Shown here: piece after piece, positions 40,321 to 55,843 of the stretch | Position numbering within the stretch: the stretch's first letter is position 1 | How the letters are laid out: each line of letters begins with the position of its first letter | Source: Eledone cirrhosa | Lineage: Eukaryota | Direction: 5' to 3' | DNA: 64,000 nucleotides | Assembly: GCA_964016885.1 (NCBI GenBank) | Contig: OZ024758.1 | Location: forward strand, 1,364,001 to 1,428,000 | The notes under the pieces: model-generated | What the model was told of the DNA's origin: nothing | Seen by the model: only the letters and a program-made list of their open reading frames with translations | Database searches by the model: none | Position numbers and translations under genes: made by a program

Positions 40321-41790
40321 GCCTGGACTTGCGTCTTGTGTCCGACACATAGTATTAGCAATTGGAACGACCAATGGAAACATTGTGTTCTCGGTCCACT
40401 TTGACGAGCTCCATCCCACGCCTTAAGCGAAATAGGCCTGGGATCTTGTCGATCGACTGTTGATATGTTTTCTATGTTGTGCAGCTAATCAACTCGGATA
40501 TCGAAGTCGGAGAAATTGGATAGCGAAATGACAAGGTTTTAATTAAATATCTCTAGAATAAAATCTGTAAACAAAGTGAAAATGGTGGAATTCGTTCGTA
40601 CAAAATTCAAACTAAATATTTACTTAAATGATTTTCGTTTTCTTTTCCCCGGTTTCCATTTTCCTACATAGTTTCTGTTTAGATTAAATGATAAGAGATT
40701 TATTTCGATTTTCTTTGATTCCCTCAATTTTAAGAAACCAGAAGGTGCCAGATGTTGTATAATTTATTCATTTTGTATGTTGACATCAATATGTCCCCAA
40801 AACAAAAGCTTAATTTGTTTTATATTGGTGACAGTCATTACACGAAAAATACGCATTAAGGTTCAACTAGCTTATTAACTTATATAATTTCATTTCTTTA
40901 AAAAGATGAAAGCTGCGTAATTTAATATATCATATCAACATATCAAATAAGGTCAAAATTATCTTTGAATTAATTTCGGGTTGTTTCCCAGTTGACATGT
41001 AAACACAATAATGTGACTTGTACACTGAATTAGATTGTGAAGATAGTAACATTGATTTGTTAAAAGCAGCGATATTTGTACAGGCTTTGTTTGAATATGT
41101 AACCGGCAATAAAATACATGCTCATTTGGTTATTTATTCATGTGGATTCTCATTTCAGTAACGAATTTATTCACATGTGCAAAAAACAACAACATAATAT
41201 AAAAGGCCGTTCAACGTTTATCTTCTTATTTTCTAACTTATTCTAAAATTTAAACTGAATATTTAATATTTAGGTGATGGAATCATCAGGGATGAATTTA
41301 ACAGAGGTTTGGTAGATTTCAAATCTTTAAACAATGAAATTGATTTAGGAGTATCTCATTCTAATTTGGTTTATGAATTGGTCAAATGTAGGATATAACC
41401 TTAAACATTCTGTTGCTCGTTCAAGATTTGTAGGAAATAGTACAGCTCATATGCTGCTTCCTACTGTAGCAGGGCATCAAGATATCGAATTATGTTTAAA
41501 CCAGTACTTGATCCAAATGATTGAAACAGAGAGAAACCCGCTAGATTAGTTCTACTCACCAAGAAGAGAATGTCATCATCTGAGTGATGTCTACATATTT
41601 ACCATCTACCAAATGTAATAATATTTTAGGTTAGTCTGTGGTTAAGCTGTTATATATTAAATAAAATCAAACATAAAAACAGTCTAAGCATGTGGAAATC
41701 GTCACAAAATTGAATTTCCTGTTTAGGAACTGTGCTTAGTAGAATTGAACAGGAATATTTTCAGTTACGTTATAGAATAAATTACGTGTT

Positions 41791-41897
<107 letters not shown>

Positions 41898-42442
41898 ATT
41901 ATTGCTATTGTTGTTCTTGTTCATCAGGTTAATTATTGTTACATATATTTCATTACTGCACTAGGGCTTGATGAACACGACCATCCCCCCCCCCCATCTC
42001 TCCGTATGGTGAGCAAATGGGGTCCCACGTGCTGGGCTCCCCACAGCCCTGGAGGACAGAATGGAGAAAGCGTTTCCCCGGAGACGTAAACTTATAAAAC
42101 GTTAAACATTCTTCTTAAATACGTCGATTTCTCTAACTTACTCCCCATCTTTTACGCTAATGGGTGTCCCGAAACTATTTTCCGCTTATATAATCTATTT
42201 TCACTCTGTTGATATAATCAATTTAATATATATAATCAATATGTAGAACTACACAAAATTGTATGTAATCAATGTTTTACTTGCCAACCTACGAAACTAA
42301 TGGCGTACAATGTTGCTTCTAATTATTCTGGGTTGTTTCAGAATAAAGAGAGATACTCGTTTTTTTTTTCCTTTTTATATATTTTATATCCGTATGAAAT
42401 CAACACGAAAGTTCTGAGCCTGGTAGAAGTCATTTCTATAAG

Positions 42443-42588
<146 letters not shown>

Positions 42589-43520
42589 GTGTGTGTTGGT
42601 GTGTCTTTGTGTCTGTGTCTTTGTGTCTGTGTCTGTGTGTGTGTTTGTAAATGTATGTACATTTATATATATGTACGTACATTTATATATACATAAATAT
42701 GTGTGTGTGTGTATACAAACACATACAAACACACACACACGTTTTTCAAATACGTTTATAAAAACTGTTTTTCAAATACGTTTATATAGCAATTATGTAA
42801 AATGTAAGAATTCAGTATCAAAGTATGTGTGAAATAATAATAACAATAATAATAATAATTGGTTCTACAGTAATTATGAATTAATTAGAAAAATTATTGA
42901 AATATTTTTTTATAAATCATAAGAAATATATGTGAGAAATAAATGTAAATAGACATTAGATGAAAGACCCGGAAAGAAGGGAAAGAAAATTAGAAAATAA
43001 GATTCCTGCTAGAAAGAAAGAAAGAAAATCTGAAAAGAAAATTACTTAAAGGAAAGAAATAAAAATTTGAAATTTAAAAACAATGAAGGATAAACTACGT
43101 TTAAAGAAGGGGAAAAAAGATAACCGGAAATGGATAATGAAAGGAAATTACGAAATAGAATCAAAGAAAGAAAAATAACGAAAGAATATTTATTGGTAAC
43201 AGATTTAATGTGATCTAAAAATAGAGAGAGTGTGGGGAGGGGGGAGAGGGGGGAGAATAAATAAATAAATATAATAGAGACAGAGAGAGCTAGAAGAAGA
43301 TAAATGTAATAGAGAGAGAGTGGTGAGAGTGAGAGAGAGAGAAAGAGAAGAAAGAAATGTAATAGAAGATAAATGTAATAGAAAAAGAGGGAGAGAGGGT
43401 TTAAATAAATGTAAAAGAGAAAAATATAGAAATAGATAGACATATACATACATACATACGTTCACACATCCATATATACATACATGCATACAACATTCAT
43501 ACACATATACATACATATTT

Positions 43521-43577
<57 letters not shown>

Positions 43578-43581
43578 CAGG

Positions 43582-43615
<34 letters not shown>

Positions 43616-43616
43616 C

Positions 43617-43708
<92 letters not shown>

Positions 43709-43799
43709 TTTGTACCTGATCCTTCTGAAACACCAAGAAACTGGTAAAGTTTCAGTAACATGTTAAAACTGTACAACTCCATAAGTTTATCATGCAAGT

Positions 43800-44070
43800 A
43801 GGAATGACTAAAAGCTTCGATTATGAGAAAAGATGACGGACATAGCTGGAAACGCTACCGGAAACACTGACAGATGCAATAACGGAAGTTACAACTTCAC
43901 ATTCTACACGTAGCAATCGGAACAATAAACTAATTTATTATATTTCAAGGTTGTTAGCAGATAAGATGTCAGAAAGGGAATATCAAGATATTACAGAAAG
44001 TTGTAGATTAACGAGAGTAAATTATTAGAACTCTAAGAAGGATATCACGTCTCTTGAAGCCATTTATTGA
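43800..44070 (+). mobile_element. Possible decayed 3' end of a restriction-like-endonuclease non-LTR element (R4/Dong-like)
   Basis: Fragments LHVAIGTI, IKILQKVV and RTLRRI resemble that C-terminus; next to microsatellites. Weak. Confidence 0.25.
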
Positions 44071-44301
44071 GAAATCCTATCAAGTGGTTGTCATTGAAGT
44101 TGGTTTTTGATATGGATTGTTAATAACAATCATGATTGTTAATGAAATTAATATTTAAAACTTTGATTGTTACGCTTCTTATTTTATCGAAATTCCTTGT
44201 GCAATACACACACACACATGTAAACATCTCCACATACAGATACACACACACACACACACACACATGCACAAATATGCACACACAGACACACATGCAGACG
44301 G

Positions 44302-44409
<108 letters not shown>

Positions 44410-44760
44410 AAGTGTGTGTGTGTCTGTGTGTGTGTAGCAGTGCATTAAATGAAGCTCGGTAAAATACGCCATCTAATTAAAATATATATACAGTGTGTGG
44501 GTATGTCTGTGTGTGTGTCTGTGTGTTTGTGAGTGTGTGTGTATGTGTGTGTATGTGTGTGTATGTGTGTGTATACACAATATTTACACGCATGTGTGTA
44601 TAAACATAGATTAAGCGACAAATTAACGAATTCATTTTCTTTATCGACTATTTTTCCTTTCATTCAGTTTTATACACATACAATAAAAATAAGCATTACA
44701 CGTGTGATTATTGAATTCAAACATTCGACATATCTTAACCGATGGTGGGACATTACCATC

Positions 44761-44843
<83 letters not shown>

Positions 44844-45465
44844 CGTATGAAACTGAGAAGTCCGTTTGTATAGAAAGCTGTGCAAGGTTAGAGTGCCAAT
44901 ATAATAAGTCAGAAGAGAGTTGAGAAAGAAAGCAAAATAAAAGAAATGATGCACGATTCAAAGTTACCTTAGCAATATATTTTCCCAAATATTTCGGATT
45001 AACCATACATTATCAATGGGGTCCGTAGAGGGAGCTTCAGAGAAGAATCTAGATTTTTCTTCTTGGTGGTCGTTTATAAACCTTTATGGAGGTAAATAGA
45101 AGGGAGCAATGGAGAATAAAGACTCCAATATTGAGAAAGCTGAGATAGCCACATCTGATGTGAATCTCTTTGGCTGGTCTGTGACTAAAGAAAAACAAAG
45201 TAACTAATAACTTCATTATAAGTTACATACGTATTTATTTAAACAGTTAAGAGAAAGAAAATATCATTCTAAGCCATTATTTGACTTGTTGAACTTCATT
45301 TGTGCTCCAAAACCATTGTTAAGGACATCTCCATTGGGTCACATGAGCTTCTCATTATTGGATTTTAATAACGAAAAGTTTCCCATCGTCATTTGCTTTA
45401 TTGTGTTAAAAGGCGAATTAGAAAAGTAATGTATATATGTATGTAATTATATATGTATATATGTG

Positions 45466-45496
<31 letters not shown>

Positions 45497-46039
45497 GAAC
45501 GTATGTATATATATATATGTGTGTATGCCTGTATGTATTATGAATGTAAGTATGAATGTATATAATTATGTATGTATATGTGTATGCATGTATGTATGTA
45601 TTTATGTATGTATGTATATAATTATGTATGTATATGTGTATGCATGTATGTATGCATGTATCTATGTAAGTACGTATGTATATATATATGATTATATGTG
45701 TGCATATATGTATGTATTTATATATGTATGTATATATGCATATATGTATTTATGTGTATATGTATGTATGTATATATATTATATATGTATGTATATATTA
45801 TATATGTATGTGTATATGTATGTATTTATGCATGTGTGTATACATGTATTTATGTATGGTATTGTATCTATCACATATACGGACACGCACGGCCACACTT
45901 ATGTATGTAGTGATATTTAGATGCGTATATAAACATATATTTATATATTTATATAAACTAGCTTTATATATGACTACTAATTATAGGTGAAAGACAAGTA
46001 AAACAAACAGGCAACAATGGGTAAGCATGTTCAGTGAGC

Positions 46040-46070
<31 letters not shown>

Positions 46071-47257
46071 AAGATATATATATATATTTGTATATGTGTG
46101 GTGTATTTTGATGGAAACTAAAAATGTCAAACAACTAATAACAAAGAGAAAGTGGGAATGACAAGCCCATATCAATTAGCATGTCGTCGATATTGTCATG
46201 AAATTTATCAGCATTGATCTTTAGACAATGTCTTTCACCACATGACATTTATATATTAAATCCCTGTACACATTATTTCAGAAACTACAAAAGATGTCCA
46301 ATAACTACAGAATGGCAAAATACTATGAAAACATAGGTTTTTGTTTCAATTGATAATGCCAACAACATTAATTTCAAAAAGACAGAAAAATAAAACTACG
46401 TCAAGTAAAATAAAGAGAAAGGATAAGTACCCGAGACATCCCAGAGTGTATAGTTTATTTCCATTTTTAATTGATACCCATGTATTTTTATATATTTCCG
46501 ACGCCATTCACAAAATGTCGACCGAATTTCTAATGCATTTTAAATAAGATACATTTAGCGTAAAAATTATTTACTTAAATCAATTATACGCTAACATGTA
46601 TGTATCAAAAGACACAAACACATATATACACTGTAATACATACATATATATACAATGATATAAATATATACTGACAAACACACATACACATACATACACA
46701 AATATACAAATATATACTGACCACACAGAGACATACACAGACATACACATACATACACAAATATACAAATATATACTCAGCACACTCACAGACAGAGTCA
46801 TACACAGACATACACATACATACACATACAAACACAAATATACAAATATACAAATATATACTGAGCACAGACAAACACACACAGACATACATATACATAT
46901 TCAAATATACAAATATATACTGACCACACACACAGACATACACACACACAAATATACAAATATACACTGAGCACACACACACACATACATACACATACAT
47001 ACACAAATATACAGATATATACTGAGCACACACACAGACATACACATACATACATAAATATACAGATATATACTGAGCACACACACACACACGCACACAT
47101 ACACATATATACATAAATATACAAAGAAAACCACACACACACTGACATACACATAATACAAACATATACAAACCACACACTCAAACACATACAAGCATAC
47201 ATATATACATGTGTGTGTGTTCTCGGACGCCTGAGAATGTATGTGTGTGTGTACCAA

Positions 47258-47288
<31 letters not shown>

Positions 47289-47644
47289 ATGAATAAATAA
47301 ATAAATAAATTGATAAATGAATCAAATTCTTTGATTTGAGTTCTACAAACTATAGCAACATTCATTGCTATCAACATTTAGTGATCTCAAGTATCATCAT
47401 AAAATACATTTTTTACAGTAGATCTGTAGTCAAACCAGTCTTATATAAAAAGCCTATATTTGCTGCACCCCACGAAACAATATAGTATTGTTTAGTTTAG
47501 AAGATTGCGACATTCAATATATAAACATCCTGAATAGAATGGAATGTTACTGAACATCTTCAACAGGAAATCTTCAGACACACTATCGACTCGTCCACAT
47601 ATTCATATAGCATATTATATATATGTGTGTGTGTTTGTGTGTAT

Positions 47645-47679
<35 letters not shown>

Positions 47680-47680
47680 A

Positions 47681-47893
<213 letters not shown>

Positions 47894-48589
47894 CATATAC
47901 ATATGTATGCTTATGTGTCTGTGCATATATATGTGTATGTGCTAGCGTGACTACATGCTTATACGTGTGAACATGAGTGTACGACGTCAACGTGTGTGCG
48001 TATGTATATGTTTGATCGTTGGATTATAAATTTACAGTGAGACATTTGAATGTTCTAAATTGTTCCTTCTTTTGTCAGTTAGTGACCTGCTAGCCGTAAT
48101 TTCTAACAATGGCCTCTTCACTACCAATACCATTATATTTAATGTATAAAAAATATGGCGTAATTCACACGCAACGTAGCTAACTTAGCCCGCGATTACA
48201 CTCCATCCATTCATCAACAATGATGTTGTTTGCGATATTTAATGGAAATATTGCGATATTTAATGGAAATATTCAATGGTGAACATACAAATGTCTCTTT
48301 CAACAGCAGAAAGACTCACTCACAACCTATAGCAAGCAAGCAATGTTTTGTACCACATACTATCTAGTCTGTGGCACAATATAACGAATAGAATAAATTT
48401 CCATTCTCGCTCGGACGACCATGAGCAGTTTGGTACTTCACTTATGACGCAAACTTTAAATTTCCTAAGCTTTCGTGTCTATCTAGATGACCCAGTTGGT
48501 GGTCCTGTGGTAAGTTACTAGTGTAACTATGCATAACAGGGGAGTCTATGCTTCGATGGCAAGGTTTGAATCCTTGCTGGAGTTGTTTA

Positions 48590-48890
48590 GGGCGGTGGAT
48601 TGGCAGTATCGGTAGAGGGTAAGGTGCCATGTTTTGACGCATAGAGTTACGGCCCTTTCCATTCTGAGTTCAAATCCCGCCGAGGTTAACTTTGCCTTTC
48701 ATCCTTACGGGGTCGATAAAATAAAGTACCAGTAATACACTGGGGTAATTGCTGGCCTTGTGCCAAAAGTAGAAACAATTATTCGAGAAAGAGGATTGGC
48801 ACTATCTGTAAAGCCTCAGACACCATGTTTCACATCATAGAGTTATGGCCCTTTATGTCCTGAGTTCAAATCCCGTCGATGTTAACTTTG
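48590..48890 (+). mobile_element. Full Meta-type SINE (48590-48782) followed by a truncated second copy
   Basis: Near-consensus copy with A/B boxes, core and AGAAACAATTATT end. Confidence 0.9.
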
Positions 48891-49525
48891 ACTAGTAGCG
48901 GTGGATGGAGTTGGTGACGGAGGGGTGGGGGAGGTGGGGGAAGGTGTTGGTGGTGGAGGTGGTGAAGAAGGGTGGAGGCGGCGGGAGGTGGTGGAGGTAA
49001 TAGTGGAGGTAGTAGTGGTGGATGGAGGTGGCGGTAGTGGGTGTAGATGGTGGTGGTGGTGGTGGCGAATGGTGGAGATGGTGGTGGATGGAGGTGGTGG
49101 TGGTGGGTGTAGATGGTGGTGGGGGTGAATGGTGAAGATGGTGGTGGATGGTGGTGGATGGTGAAGAAGGGTGGAGACGATGGTAGGTGGTGGAGGTGGA
49201 GGGTGTGGATAGTAGTGGAAGACCGTATATGTTATAAGATAGATATGGAAATTCTTCAAATATCGAGGATTCTTGCAAAATTCCTCTTTTTCTTTGGTCA
49301 TTTACATTATTGTTGTTGTTATTGTCCATGTTGTTATTACTGTAGCAGTAGTTGTTGTTGTTGTTATTATTATCTAGTTATCATCTCCACACACCTACCA
49401 GTTGTACCTGCCAGTTGTACCGGCAAAATGCCCTGAAGCTGCTGTCTTGTTAGTTACCGAAGCAGAAAGATAAAAAGGAAAATATATAAAAAGACATACA
49501 CATGGATGGATAGATAGATAGATTA

Positions 49526-49561
<36 letters not shown>

Positions 49562-49579
49562 CAAGTGAGACAAACGGAC

Positions 49580-49647
<68 letters not shown>

Positions 49648-49702
49648 TTATCTATTCAGAGAGTGAGAGATCGTTACATAGATAGATAGATAAATAGATA
49701 GG

Positions 49703-49787
<85 letters not shown>

Positions 49788-51016
49788 TGTTACATAGACA
49801 GAAACTGTCTATAGAAATAATGTAAAGGAAATAATGAGAAAGAAGAAAGATAGTGCTATACACGTGGAAGCAATTTATTTAACGACGATATATCTCAGAA
49901 GATTCCAACTATATTCTTTCTCCACCAATCTACGATTTCTTCAGGATATTCCATACACTTTGATCATATGCAAGATTGAACAAATAGATCTCCGTAAATA
50001 AAAGAACTTCTTTTAACCAATTTATCTTGGTCAAGTTCTTAAAGCGTTTCAATATAGTATAAGACATGGTACTTTGCTATCCCAAATTAAGTCGTGTATT
50101 CTGTCATTGTCATTATATAGTTTTGTCCTTTCTTCTAGACCGTTCCAGCAAAATCACGTTTTTTCTGAAATAATAACCGTGAATATTTCAATAGAATCCC
50201 TTGTAAACAACATGAGTTATAGTTAAAACTTCCTGTATATTTGTGCTTGGAATTTATGATTATCTTTATTAATTCTTCTAAGTTTATGTCTAAGTAAAAT
50301 ATATATGAAGCTATATCCATATGGATGCTGGCGTCTCTAAATAGTTAAGTAGTTTGTATCGTATTCATGACGCTCTAATTACAGATCTATTCCATAGTAT
50401 CTTGAGCAAGTCTCTTTACCTGGAGCCGGAGTCGGAGCTGGAGCCTAAATTTCCGAGTAAAGATAAATCAATATAAAACTACTTGGAGGCTAATCAGATG
50501 AATTGAAACCGCAATTGAAAGGGCGTCTTGTTATAAACGCTGTTATGTTGATCCGCCTTGAAAATGTCGCTTCCTCAAAATATATTAGCAAAGGTTTCAA
50601 GAAGAGGAAAAACCCAAAATAAAGGTAACAAACTCAACGAGTAGTCACACAGAGAAAGAAAAATAATGACTTTCTGAAAGATAACGGCCTCATTATTGAT
50701 TTGAACACTCACAGTGAGAAGTCAAACAACAGCCAACATAGGAACACATGAATTTACGAAGCGAAAATAACTTTGCATCTTTTAATTTAATCTATATAAG
50801 TGGGAAACCAGCTTGCAACCCGACTTGCAGCAGACGAACCTTTTAAATAACTAATAAGAAGTAGGGTGCTGCAGAATTACGTGACAAAAATTGGTGTTTT
50901 TTGTGTTTGTTTGTTTGCTTCTTTCTTGTTATATGTTTTATCTTGATTTCTAATACGTTCATCAGCTTTCTTAGCTTGTTTGTAAGTATATTTCTTGCTG
51001 TTGTTATTTTGTAGTA

Positions 51017-51203
51017 GGGCGGTGAATTGGCAGTATCGGTAGAGGGTCGGACGACATGCTTTGACGCATAGAGTTAGGACCCTTGCCATTCTGAGTTCAA
51101 ATCCTACCGAGGTTAACTTTGCTTTTCATCCTTACAGGGTCGATAAAATAAAGTACCAGTAATACACTGGGTATTTGCTGGCCTTGAGCCAATAGTAGAA
51201 ACA
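51017..51203 (+). mobile_element. Full Meta-type SINE with 14-bp TSD
   Basis: GTTATTTTGTAGTA at 51003-51016 and 51204-51217. Confidence 0.92.
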
Positions 51204-51517
51204 GTTATTTTGTAGTATATTTTTGTATATAGCAGAGCAGATCTCCTTGTTATTCACATACACACCTTAACTACCGTCGTCATAGCCCCCATCATCATCA
51301 TCGTCATTATCATCATCAATTTCATCACAATCATCATCATCGTTGCCACCACCAGCATCATCCTCATCACCATAATCAATAGCATGTCGCCATCATCATC
51401 ATCATCATCATCATCTTCTTCTTCTTCTTCTTCGCCACAATCATCATCATCACCATCATCAACATCGTCTTAACCAACAACATCATTGTCATCCACATCT
51501 TCACCACAACCACCATC

Positions 51518-51549
<32 letters not shown>

Positions 51550-51707
51550 CATCACCATTGTTGTTATATCAACTGAGGCCTGATGCTTCAGATGATATTC
51601 TACAACTAACACAAACGCTATCTCAACTAATTTCCACAGATATTAGATATTTATCAATATTCGACTTTATTGTGAATTACACTGTGTTAGTTTTGTCACC
51701 AATTGAT

Positions 51708-51921
51708 ATTGGTTTCTGATTTAGGCACAAGGCCAACAATTTTGGGGCAGAGGAAAGTCGATTAAATCGACCGCAGTGTATTACTGGTACTTTATTTTAT
51801 CGACCTCGTAAGGAGGAAAGGAAAACTAACCTCGGCAGGATTTGAACTGAGAACGTAAAGGGACTTAACCATATGCCATAAAGCAAGTTGTCGGGCGCGA
51901 AAGAGAGAGAGAAAACAGAGA

Positions 51922-51984
<63 letters not shown>

Positions 51985-52182
51985 AGAGAGAGAAAAAGAA
52001 ATAAGAAACAGATATAGAGGAAGAATCGGCACCAGTCTAGATTAGTATATTTTGAACAACCTCAAATGGAAGAAAGACACATTTTACATCGGCAGGATTT
52101 GAACTCAGAGAGCAGAGAGTTGGAACAAATACTAAGAAATATTCTATCCAACTTTCTAATGACTCTGCCAGTCGGCCGCCGC
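51708..52182 (-). mobile_element. Two Meta-type SINE copies separated by (GA)n
   Basis: Copies at about 51708-51897 and 52020-52182. Confidence 0.75.
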
Positions 52183-52522
52183 CATTTTCGGTAGGTTAGG
52201 AGGCGAATTTCCGGTATCTGAATAAATGCACCTTTTAACATTTCATTTCGTTTTCGACTGAATGAGCTATTGAAAATACTATAATTAGAATTGTGATTAT
52301 TGACTGCGCATAATACTTTCTATTGAATTTTATACAAGGTGCAAGTAAAGCTATCAATACGAGCTTATCCCTTTTCCCGTTAACATTAACATTAATATGT
52401 GAATATTAACATTAACATATATCTGTTTTCTTACAAACACAAATCAAAAGTTCAATCTGAAACTTGTAGTAAAATTATAAATCTTGAGCGCTTCTTTATT
52501 GCAAACATAATATATTATATAT

Positions 52523-52618
52523 AGGTGAGTGGGCTGAAAGGTTTATAGGCTGACTGTGAAGGAGGAGTGATACTAGAGCTGTGAAATCTGGCATGCATTA
52601 CGTTCAACTCTTCTTATT
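52523..52618. mobile_element. Partial mariner-like MITE (left half)
   Basis: gctgaaaggtttataggctgactgtgaagg...ctagagctgtgaaat. Confidence 0.55.
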
Positions 52619-52722
52619 GTTGACTTTGGTCTCCATATTGGCTTCTTGATGTTTCTATAGTCAATAAAAATTAACCTCAATTAAATAATTTATATAAATA
52701 TATATATGTGTGGGTGTGTGTG

Positions 52723-52942
52723 TGTAGTACAACTATAGTTAACTATAATATCTGTAGTACTACTATAGTTAACTATAATATAATAACTGTAGTACAACTA
52801 TAGTTAACTATAATATATCTGTAGTACTACTATAGTTAACTACAATATAATAACTGTAGTACTACTATAGTTAACTATAATAACTGTAGTACTAATATAG
52901 TTAACTACAATATCTGTAGTACTACTATAGTTAACCATAATA
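52723..52942. repeat. Minisatellite, 7 units of 30-35 bp built from overlapping palindromes
   Basis: Unit TGTAGTACTACTATAGTTAACTATAATA(..)C. Confidence 0.9.
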
Positions 52943-53765
52943 AAATTAAGTTCCAATTTTCCTCTATTATTTTCGATAGTCTAAATATTATATTAGCTTT
53001 GTTTACTTCCCACTGAATCCTATAGTTAGGGATTTTCAGACATTCTGAAAAACATTTCTTTTACCTGAGTCATATACTTTGTCCTGAGTCATATGCTAAA
53101 AGGTTAGTGTCTGCTTTCACATATTATTCTAAAACAGACCCACATATTTTTCAAATCTAAACCGACCTTTGTAGATTTAGATTTTTCAGTGTTTTACAAA
53201 TATATTTAATTATTCAGTGTTTTACAAATATATTTTGTCAACATCTTTGAATCTAAACTTAACTGTAAATATGTTGGATGTAACGGCAACTTATATTTCT
53301 AACTCAATGGATGTCGTAACATCTTTAACAAACCCTTTACGATGGCTGTTCACCATTCAACCTACTTTCACAACTATATTTATTCAGCTGAAGAATACTA
53401 TTTTTACTTTTAGCACAGTAAATTTCTGAAAGATATCATGCATGTCGTTATACAAAGGTATTTCTAAGTCAATCTCTTCTTCTCTCTTCATCTATTCTAA
53501 CTATTTTCTCCTTCTCGCAAAAAATGAAAAATAGTGAAAGAGAAGAGCAAGACGAACAGCGAGAGAGTGGAACCAACACATCCCTCAACATTAGTATTGT
53601 ATGAAATAGTAACAAAATATATGAAGTAATAAAAGAGAGGTTCCCGAATAACGCCAGCAGAATGACTACTTATAGACACATATATATATATATATATATC
53701 ACTAACTCATTTTTACACTATCGGTCTCTTTCATTTTCTCTGTCTCACCTCTCCCATCTCTCTCC

Positions 53766-53922
<157 letters not shown>

Positions 53923-53941
53923 TGTGTGTGTGTGTGTATAG

Positions 53942-54128
53942 TAATAATAAATGTGAAGACTAAAATCCAAAGAGGGCTCGATAAGAATTATATATATATC
54001 TATCTATATATATAATATTATATTATATTATATTTAAGTTTAAGCAAAGAATCGCTGCTTTCACCCTTAACGTTAGTATCAGAAGATACCGTTAAGGGTG
54101 AAAGCAGCGATTCTTTGTTTAAACTTTA
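53942..54128. mobile_element. Second family-B fold-back element
   Basis: Arms at 54036-54072 and 54090-54126; CAGAAGA core at 54080-54086 on the plus strand. Confidence 0.7.
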
Positions 54129-54227
54129 ATTTGTTCTTATAATATATATATATATATATGATCTGTCCTACACCATCTTGTTTTGGGTGTAGGACAGAAC
54201 AAAGGAGAGACACAAAATAAAAATCTA

Positions 54228-54270
54228 GTCACTGAGGAGGTCACAGAATGCGTGACGAAAGAGTTTTGAC
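54228..54270 (+). ncRNA. Minimal hammerhead motif
   Basis: GTCA-CTGAGGA-G-GTCAC agaatgc GTGAC-GAAA-GAGT-TT-TGAC; preceded by a 13-bp hairpin at 54162-54198. Confidence 0.6.
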
Positions 54271-54470
54271 AATATATAGACAGCCATCCGGTTATTGAAC
54301 CAAACAACCACCCGCGGAAATTTATAATAAATTGAAGTAAAAACCAACAGGTGGGTGTGTTTTTGTTGGCATGACCCTCCCAAGGTGTAACAATATACGT
54401 TTCAACTCACGTTTACAGATAAGAAATCTTGCAAAACAAATTCAAAAACGAAGTATATATATGAATGTAT

Positions 54471-54501
<31 letters not shown>

Positions 54502-54879
54502 ACAAAGAAAAACCAAGACAACGAACGATACAAAACAAAACGAAAAACAATCTTTTAATGGGAAATCTTAAGCAATTATTTTAGAAAACTAAATATATAT
54601 ATACGAAGGACAGAACTTCATGGTCATCAGCCGTTGAGGTGGACTGGGGCAGTTTCGACCCATATTTAGTAGTAATAATAGATATAAAGAAGTCTCAAGA
54701 GAAGTCTTGTTAAGAGTTGTGTTGATATAAGTATATATAAATTATATATATAAGTATATATAAACCCGTACAGCAAATATTTATTATTAGCACAGATTGA
54801 AAATTATATATATAATATAATATAAATATATATATAAATTCAAAATATTAAAAAATATAGACATTCATGTGATCAAATA

Positions 54880-54945
54880 TATTTTATTATATATATTTCA
54901 GAGGTACTGTGCTGTTTTCTCAGTACGACCTCATCAGATAAAATA
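54880..54945 (-). ncRNA. Type-I hammerhead ribozyme (family-D architecture)
   Basis: TATTTTAT-CTGATGA-[31-nt stem II including GTACTG/CAGTAC]-GAAA-TATATA-TA-ATAAAATA. Confidence 0.72.
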
Positions 54946-55009
54946 AATTGATGTGTGACAAACCCCAACTGTGCTGATGGTTCAATTCCAGTCTTATATA
55001 TATATATAT

Positions 55010-55068
<59 letters not shown>

Positions 55069-55094
55069 ATCATATTACATATATAGAGAGAGAA

Positions 55095-55155
<61 letters not shown>

Positions 55156-55404
55156 GTGAAAGACCTTCACATATATAAAGGAAAACAGTTTGTTTGTGTG
55201 TAAGAATTTGTGACGTAGAAACAGTCATGCGCGATAGATATATGTTGTATGTATGGAACAGTATGTAAACACATCAACACATGGTTTTATTGACGTACCT
55301 CAGTCGTTGTGAATATAGTTCTTATCTATGTCTTTATTGAATAACATGAATAACAAAATATTGGTGGAGTGTGTGCAAACACGATGTCAGTTAGCCGTTT
55401 CTTA

Positions 55405-55454
<50 letters not shown>

Positions 55455-55458
55455 TTAT

Positions 55459-55803
55459 GGAGGCACATGGCTTTGTGGTTAGAGCATTGGCCTTGCAATC
55501 GAAAGGTTGTGAGTTCAATTCTCAGACCGGGTGATGTGTTGTTTCCTTGCGCAAGACACTTTATTTGACATTGCTACAGTTTACTAAGCTGTAGAAATGA
55601 GATGATAGGGACTGAGGTCCCTATCATTCCACTGCAAAGTGGTCGTGGAGGTACCACAGCAAAAAATCACCCAACACTCACTGTAAATGAGGTTGGTGTT
55701 AGGAAGGGCATCCAGCTGTAGAAATCAAGCCAGAATCAGTTCCCGTCCCACCCTTGCAAGCAGGGAAAAGCGGACGTAAAATGAAATGATGATGATGATG
55801 ATG
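55459..55803 (+). mobile_element. Full-length CORE-type tRNA SINE with (TGA)n tail
   Basis: A/B boxes, ccttgcgcaagacactttattt core, aggaagggcatccagctgtagaaa segment, and ...ggacgtaaaatgaaatgatgatg end. Confidence 0.8.
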
Positions 55804-55804
55804 T

Positions 55805-55843
<39 letters not shown>

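Noticed and set aside
41960-42090. Short GC-rich patch as an exon or promoter
   Set aside because: No supportable ORF, splice sites or second copy.
48590-48680. SINE heads as tRNA genes
   Set aside because: They keep A/B boxes but run into SINE bodies and do not form full cloverleafs.
53030-53460. Possible decayed hAT transposase on the minus strand
   Set aside because: Only vague motif resemblance; needs a translated search.
54620-54665. Minus-strand GAAA-CTG ccc CAG-TC ... CTGATGA as a type-II hammerhead
   Set aside because: Stems I and II do not form convincingly; it may be only an HHR 3' half.
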